This document shows, in pieces, positions 36,101 through 44,200 of a DNA stretch of 64,000 nt. Location of the stretch: the IMG/VR virus record IMGVR_UViG_3300001202_000057, positions 1-64,000 of that record, one strand, 5' to 3'. The notes below the pieces were generated by a model. The model was not told the DNA's origin. It saw nothing but the letters and a program-made list of their open reading frames with translations, and searched no databases. This DNA is from a virus. Position 1 is the stretch's first letter. Each line of letters opens with the position of its first letter. Both the position numbers and the translations under genes were made by a program.

Positions 36101-37608
36101 ATTAAAACTTCTTTCAAGCCTTCAGTAGTACCGTATTGATGTGCAAAAGCATCTATATATCCATTTATCATAGATATAGCATTTTGAGTTCCTTCTGGAG
36201 AATATTTAGAAGTAACATAATTCATAGCTCCCCCCGAGAGAACACCTTGACCACCTTCTTCAACTACACCTTCCATAAAGCCATCTTTAGCTGTATGATA
36301 TAAAACTCTACCAGTTTTACCTAATTTAGAATAAGATTTATGAGCAGCTTTCCACAAACCAGTTCCAGCATCTTGAACAATATCAGTTGTTGCTTGAGAA
36401 GCAAGTTCTCTAGACCCAGTTTTTAAAGCTAGCCCATCAAAAATTGATGGAAGAGTTACAGCATTAGAAGCTGAAATTAAAGCCATATTACCAAGCATAA
36501 CTACGTTAGCTTGAAGTTTTAAATCATCATTAATTTGCTTGTATTTTTCAGGATTAATTTCTTTTAACTCTTCTAAAGATTTAATATCTATACCATCAGA
36601 TTCTTTTAAATTAGCAATTATATTTTGTTCAGCCTCAGTTAAGAAACCTCTAGCTTCCATACCAGCTTCAAAATAAGAACCAGTAGTTAACTGTCTTGCT
36701 TTTTTACCAATATTATTAATAGTTGCAGACTTAGCTATATCATCTAAAATCTTATCATTTATAATTTCATCAAAATTACCTTTTCTAACAGCAGACTTCA
36801 TTCTTCCAAATAATCTGGATACTTGAGTAGCTTTTTGTGCCAATCTACCAGTAGCAGCCACTTGTAGTGGTGCAGCAGCGCCCCCTGTAACCCCTGTAAG
36901 AGTACTTAATGCAAGTTCTTGCAATATAGCACCCCCTGTAAAAGCGGCAGCCCCAAATAAATCATTAAAAACAAAATTTTGCCACCCTTCTCCCACTATA
37001 GGAAAAACTCTTTCATTTTCAGCATCTGTTCTATGATTAGGTAAGACTTTTTGTAGATAAGCTGCAAAGTCATCAGACTGCTTAAAGAAGAAGTTATTAT
37101 CTCCTCTAAAAGCTTCTCCAATAGTTTCATCAGATAATCCTGATGTCAACACCCTAACAGCAGATTCAGCTACTCCCAACAATCCTATAGTAGGCATAGT
37201 AATTAAAGTATTAGCAGCCTTTATAGTACCATTAGCAGCTTTAGCCCATCCAGATTGTTGATGTGCTCTGTGGTTTTCACCTTTTGTAAGAGCATTAGCC
37301 CCTTTATCATATTTAGACCACTCTCCTGTATACAAGAAATTATCTTGACTTGCTTGAGCTGCATTATCAATACCTTGTAACAAATCTTTCAAAGAACCTA
37401 ATTGCTCAGGTTCTGGATTTGATTGTGGAGACTCAACCTTAGGCGGATCTACATTTGTAGGTTCTGTATCTGATGAATTAGAAACAGCATTAGGATTAGG
37501 TTTTAAATCTAAAGATCCTATATCTTCTCTAATTATTTCAGGCCCACCAGTTAATGGTGGTACAATGTTTTTTGGTAGTCCCGTAGTACTATCTATATTG
37601 TTATCCAT
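24118..37608 (-). CDS. 4496-aa giant protein: candidate virion-packaged two-barrel RNA polymerase fused to two zincin (HExxH) modules and an N-terminal Gly/Ala-rich hydrophobic region
   Basis: An uninterrupted 13.5-kb ORF. GVRIPTEDKYSM...IVLPAEIQYLSGADFDID (aa ~3346..3391, nt 27436..27573) resembles the beta-prime NRAPTLH...LHPLVCAAYNADFDGD barrel. HEAFH lies at aa 1829..1833 (nt 32110..32124) and HEFAH at aa 4360..4364 (nt 24517..24531). Poly-Lys linkers lie at about nt 32700..32760 and 24770..24815. Confidence 0.65.
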   Translation of the reverse strand: MDNNIDSTTGLPKNIVPPLTGGPEIIREDIGSLDLKPNPNAVSNSSDTEPTNVDPPKVESPQSNPEPEQLGSLKDLLQGIDNAAQASQDNFLYTGEWSKYDKGANALTKGENHRAHQQSGWAKAANGTIKAANTLITMPTIGLLGVAESAVRVLTSGLSDETIGEAFRGDNNFFFKQSDDFAAYLQKVLPNHRTDAENERVFPIVGEGWQNFVFNDLFGAAAFTGGAILQELALSTLTGVTGGAAAPLQVAATGRLAQKATQVSRLFGRMKSAVRKGNFDEIINDKILDDIAKSATINNIGKKARQLTTGSYFEAGMEARGFLTEAEQNIIANLKESDGIDIKSLEELKEINPEKYKQINDDLKLQANVVMLGNMALISASNAVTLPSIFDGLALKTGSRELASQATTDIVQDAGTGLWKAAHKSYSKLGKTGRVLYHTAKDGFMEGVVEEGGQGVLSGGAMNYVTSKYSPEGTQNAISMINGYIDAFAHQYGTTEGLKEVLIGAVIGKTSSFVQNAKGNEVNGLDVFTGDWGKIKADQEKMAKDINSTFAKKNLTETMSVVVANFESLKGDGKTILSNEIAENDAFFRASAARHRAGMGDVYESDVNHILDNIKSIEDYKDFAANSKGVTPEDIEVGDKSLDQIKNEIRTHVKEANQSVAKALKNAKKIVSNEDLDTDYEEALAYTIHSINHLNKVRATKIGQINKSFEDTFDKLGVDGIDAEAIADVNRFSGPIKEAISKRRAIDAASSPEVKKKLLAEYDVIAKEIQTKSKAKKPNQFKNLSIEKITKVVENANHHKRNLNSLLKEHPYIKTEVDNLFKEVEEATNRQKSAIWEFEQLTSTQGKRNFLSDIEIFKKEIEKHHTRKVDKERLTRLTGNFLDQKKALTRDLARKSIQERLSRTEVSEQEITEELQKSEDVVDKSNNEYIFSVRYQSDDIQTEAVKEAINNHLGKLAPHSKNYVKDPESKESIDKNISTLNSIKKILKSEIQHVTNHISQFPEGEAKQDFESYLTMLNNHMTEVEQLLVSSAKDLETVVTKPNTIAHVAKFISEIWHYDNNEIKDNQQFFRENSGARNRVQFKIEKSEHKTNPSGFKPKGNTGVFEKIGIMSNNKDRNQQSQYKVTAYIKKAFGTNEENRELGIVLDPRRFHKVVDKEKVPLDPNDVADLKLFNPAFVSAKGNITQKGLDFQHYFTEMSKMMDKIYEYDTDEEIPNEVWAKHFKLYSSTRSVALNSNKEKKNLPIDEAFKSNHYVDLGDGVKGLVIFDRRRGDYYIKDNDGIREVNSVDDKELYDKVAGVRESYFKKHTKANASDPNIKVYNSIEEIDGKLISTTHNKQGKAGKKFEKLSNKKPNLEIYAENGANAENSNIYLYEGIPPGLNSTDLSEAESKSLEFGITRTIQDLFDTIEQPGFFTDEVHEQKLDTITNGTNGVGTGIDLLGAGSETFISVKNDDNRTVYINMNLKSAIANKEELANDEFVEATHEKIPGFSKNRLTIGLQVKVGQDETRFRNIEVKRKDNGNLEIKSGISFIDFSLDNVIGVFNQINKNNGETKDEANPIASTVKMSAFKKNTAPTTEGIEQMVVTNAPSDSVPFFVPKTTPKKVGMLPFNSTPSIKNKGKGVKGKKKKKKRKLKLKVSTEAKSKLKAIVNGGFDNGENSGSGPTPITKSNPGVNNSTGHLKTVAAENKKLSTLSRIIGTPAATQEVNEKVLEIITELSNATGIDLNLDLTKLNLAKVNKQIKDYINDNTPKDTKDNTPFKITNGNFGDSIDRQKAVDNLKSILGDHVSVDRLETILHNFDITGIPHGLFSNGIIYLAENLPKGTEYHEAFHYVFRTILKPSEKASLYRAMKKANKLSPKELQAELTQLQGRVTQYENLTNQELLELYYEEKLADMFQDYMNNDKAKKPKSLIRRIFDQLIDLIKSIFNKSDEVENLFKNISEGKYKNFNPKFTPPSVDLAFSLKKIDEDESEAIQYYNANEAKKFISIITRNVLNRLKNEKLTNELILEETQKFSDNFKDENWNNEIKELSKREDFDKLSKVLHTIGLRRDSFNVEDSNNPNIKEIIKEVRNSINFYDVSALDSESSSEADENNNGGVQNFDKSKFELGGFGNLSKRIKQYISLIPYAYDEFNLGLEFSNLDNTDPKHILATDGPQIYTMLARGLSDTTRENIIKRIQYLGNTDVNMNVFRHEFFRDVMEELNGVIDHNGDITSLTVEELSKSNTYNLISNGFYQSTSTFMTMIFDTENTNYKILNANQKDVQQVQFDRWRNKFTSLMESKKLKGGKLRKEVLQRLKNIQLQIDKNVGSVFTDPDTIIENIRNEFKELGITLDPEYIKLNLYSYINFGGSSKTRKQGLINKIKNARDENEAAAYREALDTVEAFSEVPLFLSEHAAGGKLVMGMGAHIKIMEQTKDEQVGPEGPYSSTDFSNNRNNANLGLSGLFLEMAKGNAVFDPSVVDSTFQNSEGKTIYPRRFHSFYTEQIMLWRSDRKELVKELFKYATATDIGKGDLTRKQLLQLIIDNGIVSDPYDAKMMLEVFVNNPLIKGMSVDKEGNVSLENLEYAQQLFETLTYTIQDGLVIDNVNDAKETGIPGALRRTARTFKSSDRVSKTLMNMMQFADSSATFNKNKFSTDTRLFNTGVIAEKSTNYNLRLPIHNFFLGGKPSGFAVDWMSDLLNQEFTRIARIANEIRNPELATRKIKNYNTGFKQFTQQEMIEAKTDVNKAREIFDKMEQTLIDKANESGAGKVNFSGLDFFNFYDLDVDTRRKLFIAAIQGKKINTVDSTREALKKFMDTEVKVFSDKLLELGLITGDRKNPKNKLLPKEYVGGAGLHANIGNYFLNDWLNSFAISNILDGDYAMMYKNPTDVVKRNGLKNASGNSVGYGQSKVMYTNDETFSASNPFDLANPFRQFTNEELLEKGYTQEEIDNIRDFEDHGVKLDEKTEVELADGFATQGLRNTIMYLKNKGVYTKEVEKIYMNKIRTGVELTPAEYRILKENNADIRSRKFVYKDLTGTMKMSMGTVTRGLASYSELSDESLLALWDKYDRNEISIQDVQEAYTARPGYEKFHEFLNLEEDGVVEILASTSVSKSSTANVSEFKDGKWSQQDPTIIENTNMREQVITDGNKSEITDGTQKLGLIFSEQNPLTPVTIKGTEFKLSQLQTIYEGLLALRNQQGLENIVDVINKDGQADFEYLYSKFIESLKQSNVDPYLLEIFKVDELNRPVYNWNFSAIVTKFESMFLSSVSKNSLKQKTAGTKYTLYPGQDIKVNRNLDGSVTPHKQGSPPPKKSIPDRLRHRIKDKDGTYYSEVMISKEILDKYDVKLGETISISEHIAKELGVRIPTEDKYSMINIRIVDFLPREYGNSIVLPAEIQYLSGADFDIDSLFSNRYELYTNVSGINKFGGYLTSKNPVETAYEEFKLGLFKTPKAKLLVKKNKYSDQQLLIALGQPDTFKDFEAKYGRRIKRNIKAFKKGDLTKYKPLSREENNNTLLDIQNRFVQNSGNKVQAASGANFDPFLTLRQFLKDRGIAKKVKLSGSVHNQNNKQNAAEAIDIGGANIGPAAKMNITFQLLANFSGHLSIISNSVGNLFGQRVIGPTTIENGKFLNEDKARINGLISSVLAAMTDNAKEQFASEFNLTKEMIGPALIMISSGLSFNKTMMILKQPAIVRLSNKIDKAKSSVLKREEKRELKTKMKDIIDEMIGEYPTSEEDYKLTEKDLIESLKNGASTDDANKLQHYLLLQFRALADINDNFKNVAIVTDLAKGLSGTWSDVDRIFNAIDKLNIKYDSETKELYFADNIIPVPITNFGEILLANSYLKSQIENLFELDNQAKKFFISRTDKFKKIFREIASGLKTSSIEFSDNKNKVVSSMMAYLQNKAFIKKNNIDVSQVRVEQLMFDENYMKSQVNALREELPENLLLQFLKFNSYELTPKSPYYDGTPKSITVIEGDTRNKYSETFIEQLTNDFLALAQSNNSDHKNFAIDLFEYIMVKDSLKYSNNGLVKQIAPQLLTKVTRSLGEVHENFLNDESHKDLLGENIPEEFFELFTRNPQNMYTFVRGRRVRDFKVEKARRLVSWQDSKQSLIVNVGEGVKNDHEATLATNIKNLTNGEGNQVFEKVLPFIRPGKASEDAVIIAPRIIRMGVQITQDAEGFFRYTKGASVKTVLFKLHKVKDYRGNELPITGNTSVGHSFEYIPVAPIGNKDFDASSIPLSTNQAMLTPGYIPGVSTEPASVEEVSTEENAAILGASELSDDISEEPKKKKDKKKKFKSSLSGKKGVTAASFGMKDQLDSHLQKVTIKHARTILEKLRTKFGIEYAFSTEIRGLGAYDESTNIVYLNPNKMRLDTLYHEFAHPFIAAIKKTNKPLYRQLEREVMKDKALVERLKENGYKTNELIEEAIVTKLGEHAAQISQPKKLTNILNKFLKFIKEILGIKNLDSDTIPANTTIIELAELLVNEDIMINRNKAELVTQQKVDDLIEQLSKCE

Positions 37609-37610
37609 AA

Positions 37611-39740
37611 TTAATTTATATTAATAGTTTTTTGAGCTTGTATTGATTTATCTAACATTAAATTAGCAAAATCTGCAAATGGTATTTTACCATCAGAAGT
37701 TATAAATACTGGCATAAAAGCATTGTTTTGCCTATCATGCTCTACTTGTATTTTATACTTAACTCCATCTACAGTTATACTTTGAGGTTCAAAGTAATTT
37801 GATTTTGTAGGATCTGCATAAACCATATCTAAAGCTTTTTCTATAGGTTTTTTATACTCTTTTGTTTTAGAATTTTCTATTCTAACATGAAGATTTGTTT
37901 GTACACCTTCTTCATTAACAGTACTAACTAAATAATCTGGTAATTTAAATTTACCATCAACTCTACTAGGAGTATTAAATCCTGATCTAGCTTGAATTTT
38001 TATTTTAGCTCCTTGTAAAATATTACCATCAGAAACTACCTTACCATCTTCATCAAATATAGTACCTCCTGGAGGCATTATAAAGACATTACCAGGACCT
38101 ATTAAAGCTTTTTCAGCTTCTTCTATTCCTGCTTCAGATAAAGGTATATGAGCTGCAGCTACTGATCTAGTATTATTAACTGTATCTTCAAAATAAGCTA
38201 TAAGTTCATCCTGTTGTTTTGAAGTATACCTAGAATTAGATTTAGACTCTTCAAACTCTTTAATTTTTTCTTTAAATTTAGGATCACCACTAGCTTTTAA
38301 AGCTTCTATAAAGTTTCCTGCAAAAGAGTCCATTTTAGTATTTATAATTTTTCCATCTGTTTTAGCAGCTCCGCCTGGTGCAAATAAATCCTTAAATCTA
38401 CCAATTATTGTATCTGTAGATTCAATTTCACCATCATGAACTTCAGTAACTTTACCAAATATACTATGATCAGGTCTTTTCTCAGACTTAGAAGTGCTCT
38501 TTTTATCAAAAGATTTTTCAGCTATAGTTCTTTTAAAAGTTTTACCTAAAGACTTTATAGTTTCACTTGTTTCAAAAGATCTAAGTGATTCAACGAACGG
38601 TTTAGAAATATTACTAAAATGTTCTGTAGTTAAATTATTAATTATATCATTATCTGATAAAGTAGATAATTTTTTAGTTCTATCATTTAAAGTTCCTATA
38701 TTAGTATTTATAGCTTCAATACCTTCATCCAATTTTGATATAGCATCTTCTAAAGCTGCTCTAGTTCTAGGTCCGTCTGCATTATCTACATCTAATCCAG
38801 CATTAAAATTATCATTCAATGCTTTTTGCAATCCTTTTATATCTGTATCAGCTAAATTTTGTAAATTGGCTTTTAAATTTGTGGCTTCAGTAAGCCCTTC
38901 ATTTTGAGTTGTTAAATTAGTATCTATATTATCTTTAAGTCCAGTTCTATGAGTATTAAAATCAGTTTTTGCTCTAGTAAACTGTTGAAATAGCTCTAAA
39001 TGTCCTGACTCTTTAGCTCTTCTAGCAACTAATGAATCTACATCATTTTGAAGTTTCTGAATTTCTTTATTTGTCCAACCTTTTTCTGTTAAAGTTCTAG
39101 CAATATTAATTCCATCTACTTGGCCTAATTCTGTAGTAGTTAATGAATTTTTAACTTTAGGTTGTAATTTAATAAATTCAGTTATTTCTTTATTATAATC
39201 TGGTATATCAGCAGGCTTTCCAAAATTAAGTGATTTACCTGCAGCTAGTCCACCAACACCATTATCATTAAGAGTATTATATTGCTCTAAACCCCTATTT
39301 ACATATGCCCAATAAGCTTCCCTATTTTGTAGTTTACCCTCACTTCTAAGTTTATCTGCTTCAGCTATTCTAGTTGCAACTGCTTTTTTATTAGCAGCTA
39401 TTTTAGCTAAGTTCCCAGTTGCAACATTTCTAGCTATAGAAGTACTTGCTTCTTTTAAAGCCCTATTAGCTTTACTAATATTATCTGGACTATCTGCAAA
39501 CATTTGAGTAACACCATCTACAGTTTGTTTTATCTGCTCAAGTTCATTGTCTCTAAGTGCTTCATCTACTTGCAATGCATCTACATTAATATCAGATAAT
39601 GTTTTAAAAGTATCAAATTTCTGTTGTTGTCCAGCTAATACTGCTCCGAAAGCTTCAAAGTTTGGAGTTGGTATTTCATCAGGAACATAATAGTTTGTAC
39701 TAAAATCTCTCCTGAATGGTTGAAAATATCTATTTGTCAT
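37611..39740 (-). CDS. 709-aa virion-associated protein, largely coiled-coil (function unknown)
   Basis: A long ORF 2 nt upstream of the giant gene. It is rich in Ala/Lys/Glu/Asn heptad-like sequence and has no enzymatic motif. Confidence 0.45.
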   Translation of the reverse strand: MTNRYFQPFRRDFSTNYYVPDEIPTPNFEAFGAVLAGQQQKFDTFKTLSDINVDALQVDEALRDNELEQIKQTVDGVTQMFADSPDNISKANRALKEASTSIARNVATGNLAKIAANKKAVATRIAEADKLRSEGKLQNREAYWAYVNRGLEQYNTLNDNGVGGLAAGKSLNFGKPADIPDYNKEITEFIKLQPKVKNSLTTTELGQVDGINIARTLTEKGWTNKEIQKLQNDVDSLVARRAKESGHLELFQQFTRAKTDFNTHRTGLKDNIDTNLTTQNEGLTEATNLKANLQNLADTDIKGLQKALNDNFNAGLDVDNADGPRTRAALEDAISKLDEGIEAINTNIGTLNDRTKKLSTLSDNDIINNLTTEHFSNISKPFVESLRSFETSETIKSLGKTFKRTIAEKSFDKKSTSKSEKRPDHSIFGKVTEVHDGEIESTDTIIGRFKDLFAPGGAAKTDGKIINTKMDSFAGNFIEALKASGDPKFKEKIKEFEESKSNSRYTSKQQDELIAYFEDTVNNTRSVAAAHIPLSEAGIEEAEKALIGPGNVFIMPPGGTIFDEDGKVVSDGNILQGAKIKIQARSGFNTPSRVDGKFKLPDYLVSTVNEEGVQTNLHVRIENSKTKEYKKPIEKALDMVYADPTKSNYFEPQSITVDGVKYKIQVEHDRQNNAFMPVFITSDGKIPFADFANLMLDKSIQAQKTININ

Positions 39741-39742
39741 TA

Positions 39743-41239
39743 TTAATTATTTTGTTTTTTACCAATAACTTTGTTAGCCTCCTCTATTACGGCTTTTTTA
39801 TTAGCTTCTGTTGGATTTTGTTGGTATTTTAACCAAGCTTCTTTTCCAGTCAATTCAAAATCTTCAGCAAAATGTTCTAATAAAGCAAAACCTTCTGCTG
39901 TTTTTAATTGTGCAATATCTATTTTATTAGCTAACATATCTGCAGCAAATTGCTTGTTAGATAAATCCTTACCATAGTTATTAAGAGTATCTAAAGCTCT
40001 TTCTCTTTGAGCATCTACAGCTCCTTCATTTTGAGCAAATAATTGATCAGCTTGGAATAACTTACGAGCTTCATCTTGAGCTTTAGTAGATTCATACTGT
40101 CCTAATTGAGAATTAATTTGGTTTCTGACATCACGTTCATGGTTTTCCACTCTATTTAATGCATCTCCCAAATTAGCATAATTATTAGACTTTAATGCAT
40201 GTTGAGCTGGAAGTGATCTAGTAGAGTTTTCTATTGCACTATTAGCAGCATTAGAAGCTGCTATAGCATCTTGTCTCTGTTGAGTACTATCAGAGGATAG
40301 AGCTTGAAAATGTCTATCAGCTTGAGAGTAATCAGTTAATCTAGGATTAACATGATCTGGTGTAGCTAAAGCTCCTTTAAGAAGATCAGCTCCAGTTATA
40401 GTTCCTTTAATAATATCAGAAGCCTGTCCATGAGTAATAGGATTTTTTTGGTTATCTGGAGTATATATAGGTGCTTGTATCTGAGGTAAGGTAGTATCAA
40501 CTTCTGAAGGAGTTAGTGTAGAGTCACTTACTTTAGGCTGTGCTGCTGAAGAAGGTGGTCCTGCTACAAAATTATTAGCTAACCCCTGTATATTATGTAG
40601 TGCATTAAGATCTAGTGGACTATTAGTAGCACCACCAGCCATAAACTTTTTAAGTGATCCTCCATATTTAGCTTCTAGGGCTCCTCCAATTTGTTCATTA
40701 ATCTGAGCTGATTGCTGCTGAGCTGCTTCTTTAGCTGCTTTCTTTTGATCATTGGCTTTAGCTAGTCTATCATGTACAAACCTTAAAGCATTAAGCTCTG
40801 TAGGATCTGTATCATCTGAGTATAACTTTTTAGCCTGTTCAGCCATATAAGACTCTATAGAGTCCTTTGGAAGAATATACTTAGATTTGTCTGATAAAGT
40901 GATAATATCCTCCTCACCCTCTGCTTCCAGCTCAGGAGAGGGAGTCTGTTGGCCCTCTGATGTTAGTGGTACACCACCCTGATCATGTGAGGGTCCTTCA
41001 ATCTTTTGAGAATCTGGGTGTGAAGTATTACCTCCCTCTCTATACATGGCAGTACCATCTCTAGTTGGGTTAATAGGATCATAAGGTCCTGTTTGAAGAG
41101 CATTGGCTAAATTACCAACACCCTGTAGAGCTAAGTTATAAACAGCTCCAGAAGCTATATTAGCTCCTGACTGTGCTAATGCACCTCCTTCCATATACTT
41201 AGGTAATTTCTTTTTATTTTTAGACTTTTTCTTTTTCAT
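39743..41239 (-). CDS. 498-aa Gln/Ala-rich virion-associated protein (function unknown)
   Basis: A basic N-terminus MKKKKSKNKKKLPKY, a Gly-rich segment, EGPSHDQGGVP, and a Q/A-rich helical C-terminal half. Confidence 0.45.
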   Translation of the reverse strand: MKKKKSKNKKKLPKYMEGGALAQSGANIASGAVYNLALQGVGNLANALQTGPYDPINPTRDGTAMYREGGNTSHPDSQKIEGPSHDQGGVPLTSEGQQTPSPELEAEGEEDIITLSDKSKYILPKDSIESYMAEQAKKLYSDDTDPTELNALRFVHDRLAKANDQKKAAKEAAQQQSAQINEQIGGALEAKYGGSLKKFMAGGATNSPLDLNALHNIQGLANNFVAGPPSSAAQPKVSDSTLTPSEVDTTLPQIQAPIYTPDNQKNPITHGQASDIIKGTITGADLLKGALATPDHVNPRLTDYSQADRHFQALSSDSTQQRQDAIAASNAANSAIENSTRSLPAQHALKSNNYANLGDALNRVENHERDVRNQINSQLGQYESTKAQDEARKLFQADQLFAQNEGAVDAQRERALDTLNNYGKDLSNKQFAADMLANKIDIAQLKTAEGFALLEHFAEDFELTGKEAWLKYQQNPTEANKKAVIEEANKVIGKKQNN

Positions 41240-41251
41240 AATAATAATTTT

Positions 41252-44200
41252 TTACCTCATTGAAGGTAGAGTGTTTTGAACACTTAAATAAAAGAATTGT
41301 TTTATGTCCTCATCATTAGGGACGTATATTAATCTTGTTTTAAAATATTTTCCATCCAGTTGTTTGTACTGGTATTGATCTGTTGGAACTTCAGTATTAA
41401 TAGGTATCTCATCTAAATAACCATGTCCATTCTGATAAAATCCACAATCCTCAGTTTCTAGCAATTCACAATTAGAACTACATAATGGCTGAGAGATTGA
41501 GAAATCATATATACCACAAATTTTATAATGATCATCAACTGGAGTTACTGTCATAACATCTGCATCTACAATTACATTTTGATAGGGATTATTTTGTTGA
41601 TCTATATATTCTAGATTCTGTAATCCTGTAGATTCACAATCAGTAGCTATTACAGCTTTATTAAATGTATAAGGACAGTGTACCCACTTCTTGTGTTGTT
41701 TATCAAACTTTTTAGCCTGAGCTATATAATGTATAGTTTGTAAATCTTCAGTAGCATATTCATTAGTCTGAATCCATTCAATTGCAAAAGGATACTTATT
41801 ACCATAATATGTATGATAATCACACTCATGTAAGTGTTTATTAATAGTAGCTGTTCTACAATCCATTGAATAGAAATACAAATTATCACTGAAATAATAG
41901 TATGGTAGATATGAGTGCCATGAAGTCCAAGATTGATATTTAAAACTGTAGGAAATAGTCCATGATTGACAGGATTGTGTATCTCTTTTAGTTATTAATA
42001 ATCTTTCATACCTATTATCATAAGTTAAAGTAATTCCATTTGAACTACATGAAGTGATCTCTCCTGGGTTATTAGTACCTGATTTAGGTAAATTAGTTTT
42101 AAACCATTGGTCAAGACCTATTTTAGAAATCTCATTTAATTGAGATGTATATTGAAATATTTCTCCATTTTGTTGATCTACCCAGAAATATCCATATTCA
42201 TTAAGACTGTAAGCTATTCTTGACTGTGAACCTCCATACCCTAAATCTGTTTGTCTAATCTCTATTTCTGGAATACCTAAGAAATCTCCTGTATCAATAA
42301 ATACTGTGGTTTGATCTGCTCTCAGTTGTTGAGGATTAGGTTGAAGTATAAATGTAGTCTGTTCTGTATGAACTAATAATCTGTTTCCTATATATTTCAT
42401 ACCAGTAATTTGTCCTCTATGGGCTGGTATATCTATGAAGTCTGCAGCTAACGTTCTCAAGTATCTATCCTGTAATTGTACATCCTCACTCTGAGGAGAA
42501 TAAATAATCCTATTTGGAAATAATCCTTGACATTCAGAACAGAAGTCATAAGTTATAGTGTTAATAGGAAAATAAGGAGTATCTCTATTATGTCTAGAAT
42601 AGTCTCTATTATATAAATAGTATTGTGGACAAGTTAAATTGAAATGTCTTCTATCATCACCATCTTCATCAGCTATAGTTTCAAAAAATCTAGGAATCAT
42701 CCAGTTTATAATATCTTGAGCACTTTCACCATTAAAATATTCACCACATACATCAGTTCCAGAATGTCTTAGTTCTGTATTAATTTCTGAGTATAAATGT
42801 ATTCCACTAAATAATCTAGTACTTAATCCCATCCAAGAATCTCCTTGAATATTTAAAAAATTATTATTAGCATCTTTTCTACATTGTTCATAATGATCTT
42901 CATCTGTAAATACCCCATAAGTACCGTCAGAAAAATGTGTTATAAGACCAGCAACTAAATTAGCTGTTATTCCAACAGCACCTGCTATAATAATAGGAGC
43001 TATAACTGCTCCAGCACCTGCTGTAGCTACTGTAAGTAAAACTGCTACAATAGTTGCTACATAAATTGCTAAAGCTTGTAATAGTGCTGTTGCTGGAGTT
43101 TCTTCAAAAGCAAATATTCTAGAATCTGTAAATTTAGCTTCTGAATGATATATATCTCCACCATAAATAGTTTGAGTCCTACTTCCATTAATTACAGTTT
43201 CATTTACATTAGATGTACAATTATGTGTTTTAACATAAGTTAAAGCATTAAGATTACAATATACATCTTTACAAGATTTAATTGTTACAGACATTATAGA
43301 GTGAGCATCAAACTGTAGATTATTAGGTAACATCATATGTTGTACTCTATTATCTAAAGATAGATTTATGACTCTTTGTATGTCAGTACCAGTATATTGT
43401 GGATCTGTTCTTCTTAGATCATAGAATGAACCTGGATCAAGTAAGTGTGTAGATAGTGGAACTATATTAGTTTGAGGAGGTTCATTACAAACTTTAAAGT
43501 CCATAACATCTCCCAACAAATAGGCATCTACTTTCTCTCCTCCTAATCTAGTTTGATTAATTCTAAAACACTCTATATCTGTAGTCCTCCCACCTGGAGA
43601 ATGTTGTTTATTAAGTGTAATATAACAATCAGAAATATATTCATTGTAGAAAGCCATTTTAGGACTCCACATCCAAACATGATTAGTAGAACGAGGTACA
43701 GTATCAGTTCCTAAACCAAATGCAATACCATTGTAATCTACTTTAGCAATCTCTATTTGTTCAGTCCTCATAGGACCTATAAGACCTTGATCTAAGACTG
43801 TTTTATCAACTTCATTTCTTTGTGCTCTTACTATATAGTGTCCTGTAACTCCTGGTGGGTAATTAATATTAGTAATTTGTAATCCTAATACTTGTACATT
43901 ATCACATAAAGTAACACTAGGCATTCTGTGATGTCTAATAGGTTGACCTGTTAAAGAATTTCCATCACAATCTGTAGACCAGTAATCTGGAGTACAACAT
44001 TTATCTGGTTCAATGTAATTATTAGGACACTCATAGTATCCCATTGTAGTTTCTGTGCCAGAATTAAATACTCTAAAATGTGGTTGATCTGAGTTATATG
44101 GATTTTGAGAATTAGATCCTGAAACTATAACTTTATCAAAAGCAGTGGCTGGTCTTCCTGGTATATGGAATACTGGTGTCTCAGTACCATCATCTAATAT

